Below, piece by piece: positions 1 to 9,319 of a DNA stretch of 64,000 nt. The DNA lies in NCBI GenBank assembly GCA_963753555.1, contig CAVWCV010000002.1:103821-167820 (forward strand), in the 5' to 3' direction. This DNA comes from an uncultured Acidimicrobiaceae bacterium (GTDB taxonomy: Bacteria; Actinomycetota; Acidimicrobiia; Acidimicrobiales; RAAP-2). Under the pieces are notes generated by a model. The model was not told the DNA's origin, did no database searches, and saw only the letters and a list, made by a program, of their open reading frames with translations. Position numbers and translations under genes: made by a program. Within the stretch, counting starts at the first letter, position 1; each line of letters starts with the position of its first letter.

Positions 1-163
1 CGGCTCGCTCGGCGGGACGACGATCAGGTCGTCCCCGAGGTGCAGGTCCTCGATGCCTGCTGCGGCCGCTCCGATCCGAGAGGGCCGTTCGGGATGCCCG
101 GGGTGCGCATGGCCCTCGGCGCCGGCCGGTCCGACGACGATCAGCACGACCGGGCCGCGCTCC

Positions 164-871
164 TCACGGGGTCGGGCGTTCCACCGACAGCCAATCGCGA
201 GCTTCGAGGTACGGACTGAAGGCCTCGGCGATGGCATCGATGTCGGCGGCCGCCTTCGGTCGTTGGAGCTCGTAGACATGCGGGAACGCGAGCCACCCGG
301 TGACCAGCTCCCACAGTTCGAGCGCCGCCTCGCCCGAGGGGGGGTCGACGAGCACCGGACCGAAGAGCGCCTGGCCGTCGTCGAAGACCAGGGTGGGAAC
401 GCCGAAGCCGCCCTTGGCCACCACCAGCCGGTGCTCGGCGAGCACCTCGTCCCCGGTCGTCGGATCCTCGATGGCTGTTCGGACGAGGGCAGGGTCGAGG
501 CCCATCTCGCCGAGCAGCTCCTCGGCGACGTCGGGTCGATGGGGCTTGCGGCCCTCCACGTGCAGCGCACGCCCTGCCGTTCGGTACCAGTCGTCCAGCA
601 AGTCCATGCTGGTGCGGCGGAGGAGCGCACCGATCCGCATCATCGACCAGCCATAGGACCACTCCCGCTCCCAGGGGTGCTTCTTGCCCTGCGCCCGGTT
701 GATCTCCTCGAGACTGAAGAACCGCCAGCGGACGTCGAGACCGGTCACGTCGCGCACCTCGCGCATCCAGATCGAGGTCTGGTAGGCGTAGGGACACATG
801 ATGTCGAAGTGGAAGTCCACGCCCGACAGCGGGGTTGGCGTCGCGGCGGGAGCATTGCTCGGAGGTGTCAT
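164..871 (-). CDS. DsbA-like thioredoxin-fold protein (HCCA-isomerase/kappa-GST-like family)
   Basis: ORF 164..1066(-), trimmed to the ATG at 871 (MTPPSN...). The upstream part is Arg/Ser/Pro-rich and overlaps the next gene. Contains a single-Cys motif, [12 protein letters not shown], typical of DSBA-like isomerases. Confidence 0.7.
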   Translation of the reverse strand: MTPPSNAPAATPTPLSGVDFHFDIMCPYAYQTSIWMREVRDVTGLDVRWRFFSLEEINRAQGKKHPWEREWSYGWSMMRIGALLRRTSMDLLDDWYRTAGRALHVEGRKPHRPDVAEELLGEMGLDPALVRTAIEDPTTGDEVLAEHRLVVAKGGFGVPTLVFDDGQALFGPVLVDPPSGEAALELWELVTGWLAFPHVYELQRPKAAADIDAIAEAFSPYLEARDWLSVERPTP

Positions 872-872
872 G

Positions 873-1853
873 TCAGAAATGCCCGAGCACCGGGTGGGGC
901 ACGTAGAGCTCCTCGAGCCGGGCGACCTCGCCGTCGTCGAGCTCGAGCTGTTCGGCGGCGAGCGCATCGACGACGTGCTCCGGCCTGGTGGCGCCGACGA
1001 TCGGAGCGGTGACGCCCGGCCGGCGCAGGACCCAGGCGAGGGCGACCTGGGCCGGAGGGACGCCACGCGCGTCGGCGACCTCGGCGACCCGCTCGACCAC
1101 GTCGAAGTCGGTCGGCTGGGCGTAGAGGTAGTCGGTGAAGGCGTCGGTGTCCGAACGCGTCGTGTTCCGGTCGGCGCCCCGGCCCCGGTTGCCGGCCAAT
1201 ACGCCCCGGGCGAGCGGGCTCCACGGGATGACGCCGACGCCCTGGTCGATGCAGTACGGGATCATCTCGCGTTCTTCCTCGCGGTAGACGAGGTTGTAGT
1301 GGGGCTGCATCGACACGAAGCGGGTCCACTGGTGGAGGTCGGCGAGGTGCTGGGCAGATGCGAACTGCCAGGCGAACATGCTGCTCGCACCGATGTAGCG
1401 CGCCTTGCCGCTTCGTACCACGTCGTGCAGGGCCTCCATCGTCTCGTCGATGGGCGTGCGGGGGTCCCAGCGATGGATCTGATACAGGTCGACGTAATCC
1501 ATCTCGAGCCGTTCGAGCGAGGCGTCGATGGCGGACAGGACATGCTTGCGAGAGAGCCCGCCTCCGTTCTCACCCGGCGTCATCGGCATGAACACCTTGG
1601 TGGCGACGACCATCTCGTCGCGGCTGAGGAATTTGGGCAGCAGCCGACCGGTGGCCACCTCGCTCGCACCCCCCGAATAGGTGTCCGCGGTGTCGAAGAA
1701 GGTGACCCCACCCTCGACGGCTGCACGCACGATGGGCTCCGCACCGTCCTCGTCGAGCACCCACGGGCGTTCGCTGTCGTTGCCGAAGCTCATCATCCCG
1801 AGACAGACCCGCGAGACACGCAGCCCCGTCCTCCCCAGGTTCACGTAGTCCAT
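873..1853 (-). CDS. aldo/keto reductase
   Basis: ORF 873..1940(-), trimmed to the ATG at 1853 ([24 protein letters not shown]...). Shows the typical AKR N-terminus, [11 protein letters not shown] and the [10 protein letters not shown] motif. Confidence 0.85.
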   Translation of the reverse strand: MDYVNLGRTGLRVSRVCLGMMSFGNDSERPWVLDEDGAEPIVRAAVEGGVTFFDTADTYSGGASEVATGRLLPKFLSRDEMVVATKVFMPMTPGENGGGLSRKHVLSAIDASLERLEMDYVDLYQIHRWDPRTPIDETMEALHDVVRSGKARYIGASSMFAWQFASAQHLADLHQWTRFVSMQPHYNLVYREEEREMIPYCIDQGVGVIPWSPLARGVLAGNRGRGADRNTTRSDTDAFTDYLYAQPTDFDVVERVAEVADARGVPPAQVALAWVLRRPGVTAPIVGATRPEHVVDALAAEQLELDDGEVARLEELYVPHPVLGHF

Positions 1854-1888
1854 GGCCACCTCACTGTCGGTCTCACTCTCTGTCTGCC

Positions 1889-1972
1889 CCCCGATCCGTC
1901 TGCAACCGGCCCCCGATCCGTCTGCAACCGGGAGCTGCACCGGAGCTGCACCGGCTGCACCGGCTGCACCGG
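1889..1972. repeat. short tandem repeats sharing a CTGCA(A)CCGG core in a divergent intergenic region
   Basis: CCCCGATCCGTCTGCAACCGG occurs twice (1889-1909 and 1911-1931). CTGCACCGG occurs four times (1935-43, 1946-54, 1955-63, 1964-72). The region lies between the start of the aldo/keto reductase (1853, -) and the start of the phosphatase (2107, +). Confidence 0.8.
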
Positions 1973-2106
1973 AGCAGCCTTCTCAACCTAACCGGGACCG
2001 CTTCGGAGGCGAGCGGGGGCACCTCGCTCCGGCACACCGAGGCGGTTCGGGCAGCGCCTTCGCACGATGGGCCGGCGCGCACGGCAGAGATGGCAACATC
2101 GTTGGC

Positions 2107-2604
2107 ATGCCGCTGCTCGTGGTCCGCCACGCCCACGCCGGCCGACGGAGCGAGTTCCGCGGTGACGACCGTGACCGCCCGCTCTCGCCGCGGGGCCGGC
2201 GGCAGGCCGAGGCGCTGGTCGGCCTGCTCCGCAGCTACGAACCCCAGAAGATCCTCTCCAGCCCCTATGTCCGGTGCCGCGACACCGTGGAGCCGCTCGC
2301 CACCGCGATCGGTCTGGTCGTCGAGACCACCGACGAGCTCGCCGAGGGCCACGGCGCTCGTGCGCTCGGGCTGATGGAGCGCCTCGAGCAGGTCGCGGTG
2401 CTCTGCACCCACGGTGACGTCGCGCTGGCCATCCTCGGGGAGATCGCCCAGACGGGGGATGCCGAGGCGCTCGAGAAGCTGCGGCTGCAGAAGGGCGAGG
2501 TGTGGGTCGTCGACTCCGACGGCTCCTCGATGTCCATCGTCGATCACATCCGCCGGCCCGCGAGCCGACGGTCGCAGGGCCACGGCCCGCCACCACTACG
2601 CTGA
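2107..2604 (+). CDS. histidine phosphatase family protein (SixA-like)
   Basis: ORF 1852..2604(+), trimmed to the ATG at 2107 (MPLLVVRHAHAG...). Has the RHA catalytic motif, a later THGD motif, and small SixA-like size. Confidence 0.7.
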   Translation: MPLLVVRHAHAGRRSEFRGDDRDRPLSPRGRRQAEALVGLLRSYEPQKILSSPYVRCRDTVEPLATAIGLVVETTDELAEGHGARALGLMERLEQVAVLCTHGDVALAILGEIAQTGDAEALEKLRLQKGEVWVVDSDGSSMSIVDHIRRPASRRSQGHGPPPLR

Positions 2605-2611
2605 GAGCCAC

Positions 2612-3985
2612 ATGAACGACCTCGAGAGGTTCGATCCCCGAGCTTGGGAGACGTTTCGGGTCGTCGACCGGTCCTTCGACAAGGACACCCGCACGGTCGT
2701 GCTCGAGTACGCGCTCGACGATGACGAGCGTTTCGTCGAGACCGTCACCTTCGAGACGCCTCCCGACGCCGGCGATCTCCGCGACGGCGCAGGGTTCGAG
2801 CGTGCGCTGCTGCATCTGCACGTCGCGGCGGGGACGAGCTACTACAAGACGGCGGCCCCGGCGACAGTCGCCGTCGAGGGCGCGGTGCTCACGCCGGCCG
2901 AAGTCGAATTCCACCATCGCATCTACGACGAGGGTCTGCGCGAGTTCGCCGTCCGCAACGGGTTGCCCGTGCCGCGACCGGTGGTGATCCGGCCGGACGG
3001 GGTACGCGGCGAGGGCGCTTCTGCGGCGGCGACCCGGTCCGATGGCTCGGGAGGCTCCGGCGGGCTGGTCGTCCCGATGGGCGGCGGCAAGGACTCCGTC
3101 GTGCTCGCGCACGCCGTGTGCGGCCTGCGCCCGAAGTTGTTCGCGGTCAATCCGCACCCGCTCGTACACCGGCTCGCAGACCGGCTCGGTCTCGACCTCC
3201 TCGTCGTCCGGCGCGAGCTCTCGCCCCGCCTTGCGACGCTCAACCGCCTCGGGGCACGCAACGGCCACGTGCCCATCACGGCCATCGTGTCGCTCATCGC
3301 GGTGGTGGGGAGCTTCCTCTACGGCTACGACACCATCGCCATGGCCATCGAGCGGTCCGCGAGCGAAGAGACCCGTCGCGTCGGAGGCGTGACCGTCAAC
3401 CACCAGTACTCGAAGGGCGTCGAGTTCGAAGGTCTCCTCCGACGTCTGTTGTCCGACTCGATCGACTCGGGCCTCACCTACGGGTCGGCATTGCGGCCCT
3501 ACTCCGAGCTGGCAATCGCCCGCGCCTTCTCACGCCTGAGCGCCTTCCACGGCACCTTCTGCAGTTGCAACCAGGCGTTCCGCAGCACGGCAGCCGCGGG
3601 TGACCGCTGGTGCGGGAACTGCCCGAAGTGCCGGTTCGTCGCGCTCGTGCTCGCCCCGTACCTCGCGCCAGACCGGGTGGCCGCGATCATCGGGCGCGAC
3701 CTGTTCGCCGACGCCGACCAGGTCGACGGCTTCGCCGACCTGATGAGCGACGAGGACAAGCCCTTCGAGTGCGTCGGCGAACGGCGCGAGGCCGCCGCTG
3801 CACTCCACCTCCTCGCCGGGCTGCCGGCGTGGAGGGGCTCGGTCGTCGTCTCCTCGCTCGCGGCCCGTGCCGGCGAGTTGGTGGGCGATCGTGACGTCGC
3901 CGAGCTGCTCACCCCCGTCACAGGTGCCCGCTTCCCCGACGGGCGGGTCGCGGACGCGGTGGACGAGTTGCTCGCCGCCGCGTGA
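2612..3985 (+). CDS. murL: MurL-like UDP-MurNAc-L-Ala-L-Glu epimerase (PP-loop-type ATPase fold)
   Basis: ORF 2414..3985(+), trimmed to the ATG at 2612 (MNDLERF...). Has a PP-loop-like PMGGGKDS motif and a C-terminal Cys cluster, CSCNQAF...WCGNCPKCRF. Its stop overlaps the GTG start of the downstream MurD-like ligase (GTGA at 3982-3985). Confidence 0.6.
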   Translation: MNDLERFDPRAWETFRVVDRSFDKDTRTVVLEYALDDDERFVETVTFETPPDAGDLRDGAGFERALLHLHVAAGTSYYKTAAPATVAVEGAVLTPAEVEFHHRIYDEGLREFAVRNGLPVPRPVVIRPDGVRGEGASAAATRSDGSGGSGGLVVPMGGGKDSVVLAHAVCGLRPKLFAVNPHPLVHRLADRLGLDLLVVRRELSPRLATLNRLGARNGHVPITAIVSLIAVVGSFLYGYDTIAMAIERSASEETRRVGGVTVNHQYSKGVEFEGLLRRLLSDSIDSGLTYGSALRPYSELAIARAFSRLSAFHGTFCSCNQAFRSTAAAGDRWCGNCPKCRFVALVLAPYLAPDRVAAIIGRDLFADADQVDGFADLMSDEDKPFECVGERREAAAALHLLAGLPAWRGSVVVSSLAARAGELVGDRDVAELLTPVTGARFPDGRVADAVDELLAAA

Positions 3986-5382
3986 AGCTCGGCGCACTGG
4001 ACGGCCGGAGGGTCGCGGTCTGGGGGCTCGGCCGCGAAGGAACCGGGATCGCCCGCGTGCTGGCCGACCGGGCCGGCGCCCTGGTCCTCGTCGACGACCG
4101 GCCCGCCGTCGCGGCGCTGGCCGCGGAAGAACTCGGCCCGTCGACGCCGGCGCAGGCGTTGTCACCGGCGTCGCTGGCGGGCGCCGGCATCGACGTGATC
4201 GTCCGTTCACCAGGAGTCAGCCGGTACCGACCGGAGCTGCTCGCCGCCGAAGCGTCGGGCTCGGCGGTCACCACGCCGATGGCGCTGTGGCTGGAGGAGG
4301 TGGCGGGCTCCCCCGTGCTGGCGGTGACCGGCACGAAGGGGAAGAGCACGACGGCGGCGCTCGCAGCCGCGATCCTGCGCGAGGCCGGCAACTCGGTGGC
4401 CCTCGTGGGCAACATCGGCGTGCCGGTCACCGACCTTTCCGGTCGGACGCCTCCCGACGCGTACGTCGTCGAGGTCTCGTCCTACCAGGCCGCCGACGTG
4501 ACGGTCACGCCGAAGGTGTGTGTGCTGACCAGCCTCGCTCCCGACCACCTCGACTGGCACGGCGGCGTCGAACGGTATTACGCGGACAAGCTCCGGCTGG
4601 TGGAGGTCGGCCCTCCGGGTCGTCTCGCGGTCAGCGCGGCGAGCGACGAGGCCGTGCGTCGGACCGCCGGCCATCCCGATCGGGTGCTGTTCGGCCCCTC
4701 TGGCCGGATCCGTGTCGTCGCAACCGGAGAGCTGGAGGTCGACGGCCGTCCACTCGTCGACGTGGCGCGACTCCGCGTGCCCGGACGCCACAACTGGTGG
4801 AATCTCTGTGGGGCGATCGCCGGGATCCTCCTCCTCGAGGGCACACCGCCCTCGGCGGAGGCGGTCGGTGCCGCGATCGACGGCTTCGAGGGCTTGCCTT
4901 CACGATGCGCCACGGTCGGCACGCGTGAGGGTGTCGTCTTCGTCGACGACGCTCTGGCCTCCAACCCGTTCGCAACCGCTGCCTCGGTCACTGCCTTCGC
5001 CGGGCGGGACCTCACGGTGATCGTCGGTGGTGCGGACCGGGGTGTCGCCCCGGACGAGCTCGTCGGAGCGCTCGTCGCGCACCGGCCTCCGGCGGCCGTC
5101 GTGGTCCTGCCACCCGACCCGGAGCGCCTGGCCGACGCGGTGCGGTCGGCGCTCGGGGGCCCGGGGTCGGCCGGATCCGGGGTGCGGGTCGAGGAGGCCG
5201 AGAACCTCCCCGACGCGGTGCGCGCGCGCGCGACGATCGACCCCGTTGGTGGGGTGGTCCTCTTTTCGCCGGGAGCCCCGACGCCCGAGGGCGAGGGCGG
5301 CTACGCGGCCCGCAGCAGCCGATTCCGTGAGGCCGCTGGCTTCGCCGAGGCGGGAGCCGATCAGCGGACGTCCCGGGCATGA
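3982..5382 (+). CDS. murD2: MurD-like Mur ligase, probable MurD2 (UDP-MurNAc-L-Ala:L-Glu ligase)
   Basis: ORF 3982..5382(+). Has an N-terminal Rossmann motif VAVWGLGREG, the Mur-ligase P-loop VTGTKGKSTT, APDHLDWHG, and GRHNWWN. No dcw neighbours (murE/murF/mraY/ftsW) are present. It is translationally coupled to the MurL-like gene. Confidence 0.65.
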   Translation: MKLGALDGRRVAVWGLGREGTGIARVLADRAGALVLVDDRPAVAALAAEELGPSTPAQALSPASLAGAGIDVIVRSPGVSRYRPELLAAEASGSAVTTPMALWLEEVAGSPVLAVTGTKGKSTTAALAAAILREAGNSVALVGNIGVPVTDLSGRTPPDAYVVEVSSYQAADVTVTPKVCVLTSLAPDHLDWHGGVERYYADKLRLVEVGPPGRLAVSAASDEAVRRTAGHPDRVLFGPSGRIRVVATGELEVDGRPLVDVARLRVPGRHNWWNLCGAIAGILLLEGTPPSAEAVGAAIDGFEGLPSRCATVGTREGVVFVDDALASNPFATAASVTAFAGRDLTVIVGGADRGVAPDELVGALVAHRPPAAVVVLPPDPERLADAVRSALGGPGSAGSGVRVEEAENLPDAVRARATIDPVGGVVLFSPGAPTPEGEGGYAARSSRFREAAGFAEAGADQRTSRA

Positions 5383-5815
5383 CGGCGCACGAACTCGAGG
5401 ATCGCGATGTGCTTGTCGGTGTCCATCTCCATCAGACGCACGAGGAGCTGCCACATCGTGTCGTCCTTCAGCGTGGCGAGGCGGGCCGACAGGCGGCGGA
5501 GTTCCTTCTCGTCTGCCCGTTCGCGCGCGAGCAGCGAGACGGTGAGCCGCACGACCTGTGAGGGGTCGGGGCCCCATCGGTCGAGCCGGGGGACCTCCGG
5601 CTCTTCGGGGCGCAGCTCGGCGTCGGTCTCGGAGGGCGGCGCGCGAGCTCGCGGAAGAGCCGGTGGTGGCGGATCTCGTCCTCCACGATCAACGAGCTCA
5701 GATAGCGGAAGGGAGCGGAACCGGACGCGTCCGCCGCCTCCTCGTACTCCTCGAGCAGCGCCCGCTCGCGCTCTTCGTGCGTGGTCAGGTGCTCGTAGAG
5801 CTCGGCCTCCCACAC
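5361..5815 (-). pseudogene. ferritin-like/rubrerythrin-like domain protein, needs 1 frameshift (~5640)
   Basis: The N-terminal part (VWEAELYEHLTTHEERERALLEEYEE...IVEDEIRHHRLFRELA) is in the frame of ORF 5468..6082(-). The C-terminal part (DRWGPDPSQVVRLTVSLLARERADEKELRRL...DKHIAILEFVRRHARDVR) is in the frame of ORF 5361..6383(-). The start is assumed to be the GTG at 5815. Confidence 0.45.
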
Positions 5816-5959
5816 GCTCGCGCCCGGCCAGCTGCGTCGCCATGTCGCCTCCTCGCTCGGTCGGGCCGCTGCGATCGTCGCGCCGCCGGCGTCGCAAGGG
5901 CGGGAAGGGCCGTTGGTCACTTCTGCGCGGGCGCCGGCGCGGTCGCCTACGTTGGGGCG

Positions 5960-6823
5960 ATGATCCGCTACGACGTCGATGCGGAGGAGTCGTGGCCCGG
6001 CTGGTGCTCGACCGCCCCGAGGCCAAGAACGCGCTGACGCCGGAGATGCGGGACGACATCGTCTCCCGGGTCCGGGAGGCACGGGCGGACCCGGCGGTGC
6101 GGGCGCTGCTGATCACCGGGGTCGGGGACGCGTTCTGCGCGGGGATGGATCTGCGGCAGTCGACGGTCGCCGGGTCGGGATCCAGGCCGGCTTCGACCCT
6201 GCGCTCGACGAGCGAGGCCCTGCGCTCCGGGGTGCAGGCGTTCATCCGCGAGCTCTGGGAGCTGGACAAGCCCACGGTCGCCGCGGTCAACGGCACCGCG
6301 GTCGGCCCCGGCGCGCACCTGGCGCTGGCCTGCGACTTCGTGCTCGTCTGCGATCGGACCCGGTTCGTATGGTCCTTCGCCAAGTGGGGACTCGTCGTCG
6401 ACGCCGGGCGGTGCGTATCTCCTGCCGCGCCTGGTCGGGCTCCCCCGTGCCAAGGCGATGGTCCTGCTCGGTGAAGGCGCGAGCGGTGAGCGAGGCGGTC
6501 GTCGCTCGGCCTCGCCTACCGGTGTCTTCCTTCGCCCGAGGAGCTCGAAGAGGAGGCAGGCGAGCTCGCAGCCCGGCTCGCCGTCGGGCCCGATCCGCTC
6601 GATGGGGCTCTCCAAGCAGATGCTCAATGCCAGCCTTCGAGACCGAGCTGCTCGGCGAGTCGCTCGAACGGGAGGCGCAGGCACAGGCGATGGCCGCGGC
6701 TCTCCGGAGATGGCCGAGGGCATGGCGGCGTTCGCCGAGAAGCGCTCTCCTGACTTCCGCAGCCGGGCGCTGACCAGGCACAGAGCCGGCACTCCGAAGG
6801 GCGGTCCCACGGGGGCACGGTAG
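5960..6823 (+). pseudogene. enoyl-CoA hydratase/isomerase (crotonase), at least 6 frameshifts
   Basis: Crotonase peptides are scattered over three frames. They read MIRYDVDAEE | GVVARLVLDRPEAKNALT...FCAGMDL...KPTVAAVNGTAVGPGAHLALACDF | GAYLLPRLVGLPRAKAMVLLGE | GLAYRCLPSPEELEEEAGELAARLA | IRSMGLSKQMLNAS | FETELLGESLEREAQAQ | SPEMAEGMAAFAEKRSPDF. The 3' end is uncertain. Confidence 0.65.
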
Positions 6824-6906
6824 CCTCTCCGATGGATATCGCCACCGGAGCCCGCCGGTCGGAGCGATGGCGGTCCCGATCGAAGGCCGTTCACCTGGCG
6901 GGATCC

Positions 6907-8119
6907 ATGGATGTCGACGCAGCCGAGGACCTGAAGCTCGGCCGAGAGCCCGTACGACGTGTTCGCCGGACCAGGCGTCGCGTCGGAGCCCCAGCCCTTC
7001 TACCGCGAGGCCCGGGAGAGCGGTGCGGTCGTGCCCGGCACCTTCGGTCGACAGATCGTCCGGCGCGATGCCGTCGAGTACGCGCTCGGCCATCCCGAGG
7101 AGTTCTCCTCGGGCATGGAGGCGGTCGATCTCGGCCAGTCGGTGCCGCTCATCCCCCTGCAGGTCGATCCGCCCGGGCACCGCAAGTACCGCCGCCTCCT
7201 CGATCCGCTGTTCGCGCCCGCGGTACATGAACGTGCTGGAGCCCGACATCGCGAAATGGATCAACGAGCGCATCGACACCTTCATCGACGAGGGCCGCTG
7301 CGACTTCGCCTCCGAGTTCGCGGTGCCGCTGCCCTCCTCGGTCTTCCTCCGGCTGGTGGGACTGCCCCTCTCCGAGCTCGAGATGTTCCTCGAGATGAAA
7401 GACGGCATCCTGCGGCCGACCGGCGCACGACATCGAGGAGATCAAGGCCAACCAGCAAGGCGGCGGCCCAGCGCGGATCGAGGCGTACTTCGCTCGAGGC
7501 AGATCGCGGAGCGTCAGAAGAAGCGCAGCGACGACCTGCTCAGCCAGTTCCTCGACGCCGAGGTGGACTCGGAGCGCCTGACGGTCGAGGAGATCCTCGG
7601 CATCTGCTTCCTTTTCATCATCGCCGGCCTCGACACGGTGACCGACTCGCTCGAGTGCTTCATGGCGCGACCTCGCCCAGCACCCCGACGAGCGCCGGAG
7701 ATCGTCGAGGACCCCGACGATCATCCCCACCGCGGTCGAGGAGTTGCTGCGCTGGGAGACCCCGGTGATGACGGTCGCCCGGGTCGCCGGCCCGGGACCC
7801 GAGCTCAAGGGTGCCCGATCCACAAGGGGGAGTCGATCGGCGTCGATGATCGGTTCCGCCAACACCGACGAGGTCGCCATCGCAGGGAGCGGACCAGGTC
7901 GACCTCACCCGCGGTGTCAACCGGCATCTTGTCTTCGGTGCCGGCATCCATCGCTGCCTCGGCTCCAACTTGGCCCGGGTCGAGCTGCGGACCGCCATGC
8001 GCGAGTGGCACCGCCGGATCCCCGATTACTCGATCGTGCCGGGGACCGAATTCGAATTTACCATGATGGGGCTCCGTCAGCTCGACTCGCTCCCACTGCA
8101 GTTCGGCGAGGCGCCTTGA
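6907..8119 (+). pseudogene. cytochrome P450, at least 8 frameshifts
   Basis: Fragments occur in all three + frames. They include MDVDAAEDLKLGREP, YDVFAGPGV...PPGHRKYRRLLDPLFAP, the I-helix FLFIIAGLDTVT, the ExxR motif EELLRWETPV, and the heme loop FGAGIHRCLGSNLAR. The reading ends ...LPLQFGEAP* at 8119. The localised shifts at ~6949 and 7217-7219 fall in CCC runs. Confidence 0.7.
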
Positions 8120-8175
8120 GCGTTCCGCACCCGGCGACGGACCGCTCACACCCCGACGGTCCGTACCGGCTGATC

Positions 8176-9314
8176 ATGGACTACTCGCTGACCGAAGACC
8201 AGCAGCTGCTGCGCGAGACGACGGCGAAATTCCTCGACGACACCTGTCCACTCGACACGGTGCGCCGCCTCGCGGAGGACGAGCCCGGCGGCTTCGACCG
8301 GGGATGGTGGCGCCAAGGCGCGGAGCTCGGCTGGATCTCGATGCTCGTGCCCGAGGAGCTCGGGGGCGGTTGTGTCTCCGGAGGTCCCCTCGCAGACCTC
8401 GGACTCGTCGCGGAGGAGATGGGGCGCCACGTGCGCGCCGGGTCCCCTGCTCGCCACGAACGTGGTGGCGGGGGCCCTCGCCCGCTCCGGAACCGACATC
8501 CACCACAAGCACCTGCCCGGCCTCGTGGCAGGCGAGACAGTGGCAACCTGGTGGCCGGGCGCAACCCTGGCGGGGTTCGACCCGACCGGCGGGGACCGGC
8601 GCGAGGTGCATGTCACCCGGACGGGGAGCGGCGTCGTGCTCGACGGGCGCACCGGACCGGTCGAAGCCGGGGCAGAGGTCGACCTCGTGCTCGTGGCAGC
8701 GGTCGGAGCGGCGGGACCCCGCCAGGTGCTCGTCCCCTCCGGGGTGGTCGGGCTCTCGCGGCGGCCCGCCGAGAGCATCGATCTGGTCCGGCGGTTCGCC
8801 GTCCTCGAATTCGACGGCGTCGAACTCGGAGTCCGAGGCGATGCTCGGGGAGCCCGCGTCGACGGCCGCGGACCTCGAGCGCCAGCTCCTCGACATGGTC
8901 GTGCTGCAGTGCGCCGAGATGTCCGGTGCGATCGAACGGGCTTTCGAGTTCACCGTCGAGTACGCGCAGGACCGGCACTCGTTCGGTCGGCCGCTCGTCT
9001 CCTACCAGGCACTCAAGCACCGTTTCGCGGACATGAAGGTCTGGGTCGAGGCCTCGCAGGCGACGAGCGTGGCCGCGGCGAAGGCGGTCGACGCGGGGCA
9101 GCGAGCACGCCGGAGCTGGTGAGTGTCGCCAAGGCCTACGTCGGGGACCGGGCTCCGGTGGTCCTGCAGGACTGCGTCCAGATCCACGGCGGCATCGGGG
9201 TCACCTGGGACCACGACCTCCACCTGTACCTGCGCCGGGTGATCCACGACCGGGCGCTCTTCGGGACGCCCCGTGACCACCTCGAACGGGTCGCCGACAG
9301 CGGCGGGCGTCTGA
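8176..9314 (+). pseudogene. acyl-CoA dehydrogenase family protein, at least 3 frameshifts; 3' end uncertain
   Basis: The reading runs MDYSLTEDQQLLRETTAKFLDD...GWISMLVPEELGG (frame of ORF 7744), then PLLATNVVAGALARSG... (frame of ORF 8372), then LQCAEMSGAIERAFEFTVEYAQDRHSFGRPLVSYQALKHRFADM (frame of ORF 8304), then VQIHGGIGVTWDHDLHLYLRR (frame of ORF 8372). As sequenced there is no in-frame stop before the next ACAD. A TGA at 9312-9314 lies in another frame. Confidence 0.6.
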
Positions 9315-9319
9315 GCACC

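Noticed and set aside
1-147. A possible 5' end of a minus-strand gene running off the left edge (..VLIVVGPAGAEGHAHPGHPERPSRIGAAAAGIEDLHLGDDLIVVPPSEP).
   Set aside because: The frame is open to the window edge with a GTG at 145-147. It covers only about 49 codons, has no recognisable family and has no clear RBS, so there is not enough to call it.
53-1012. A 319-aa plus-strand ORF at the left end, and ORF 798..1991(+).
   Set aside because: Both are antisense to the well-supported DsbA-like and aldo/keto reductase genes and have Arg/Gly/Pro-rich translations.
3982-5382. The MurD-like gene as the housekeeping murD of the dcw cluster.
   Set aside because: No murE, murF, mraY, ftsW, murG, murC, ftsQ or ftsZ neighbours are present in this window. 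The gene is instead coupled to a PP-loop/Cys-cluster protein, which fits the MurD2/MurL arrangement better. This cannot be fully excluded without the rest of the genome.
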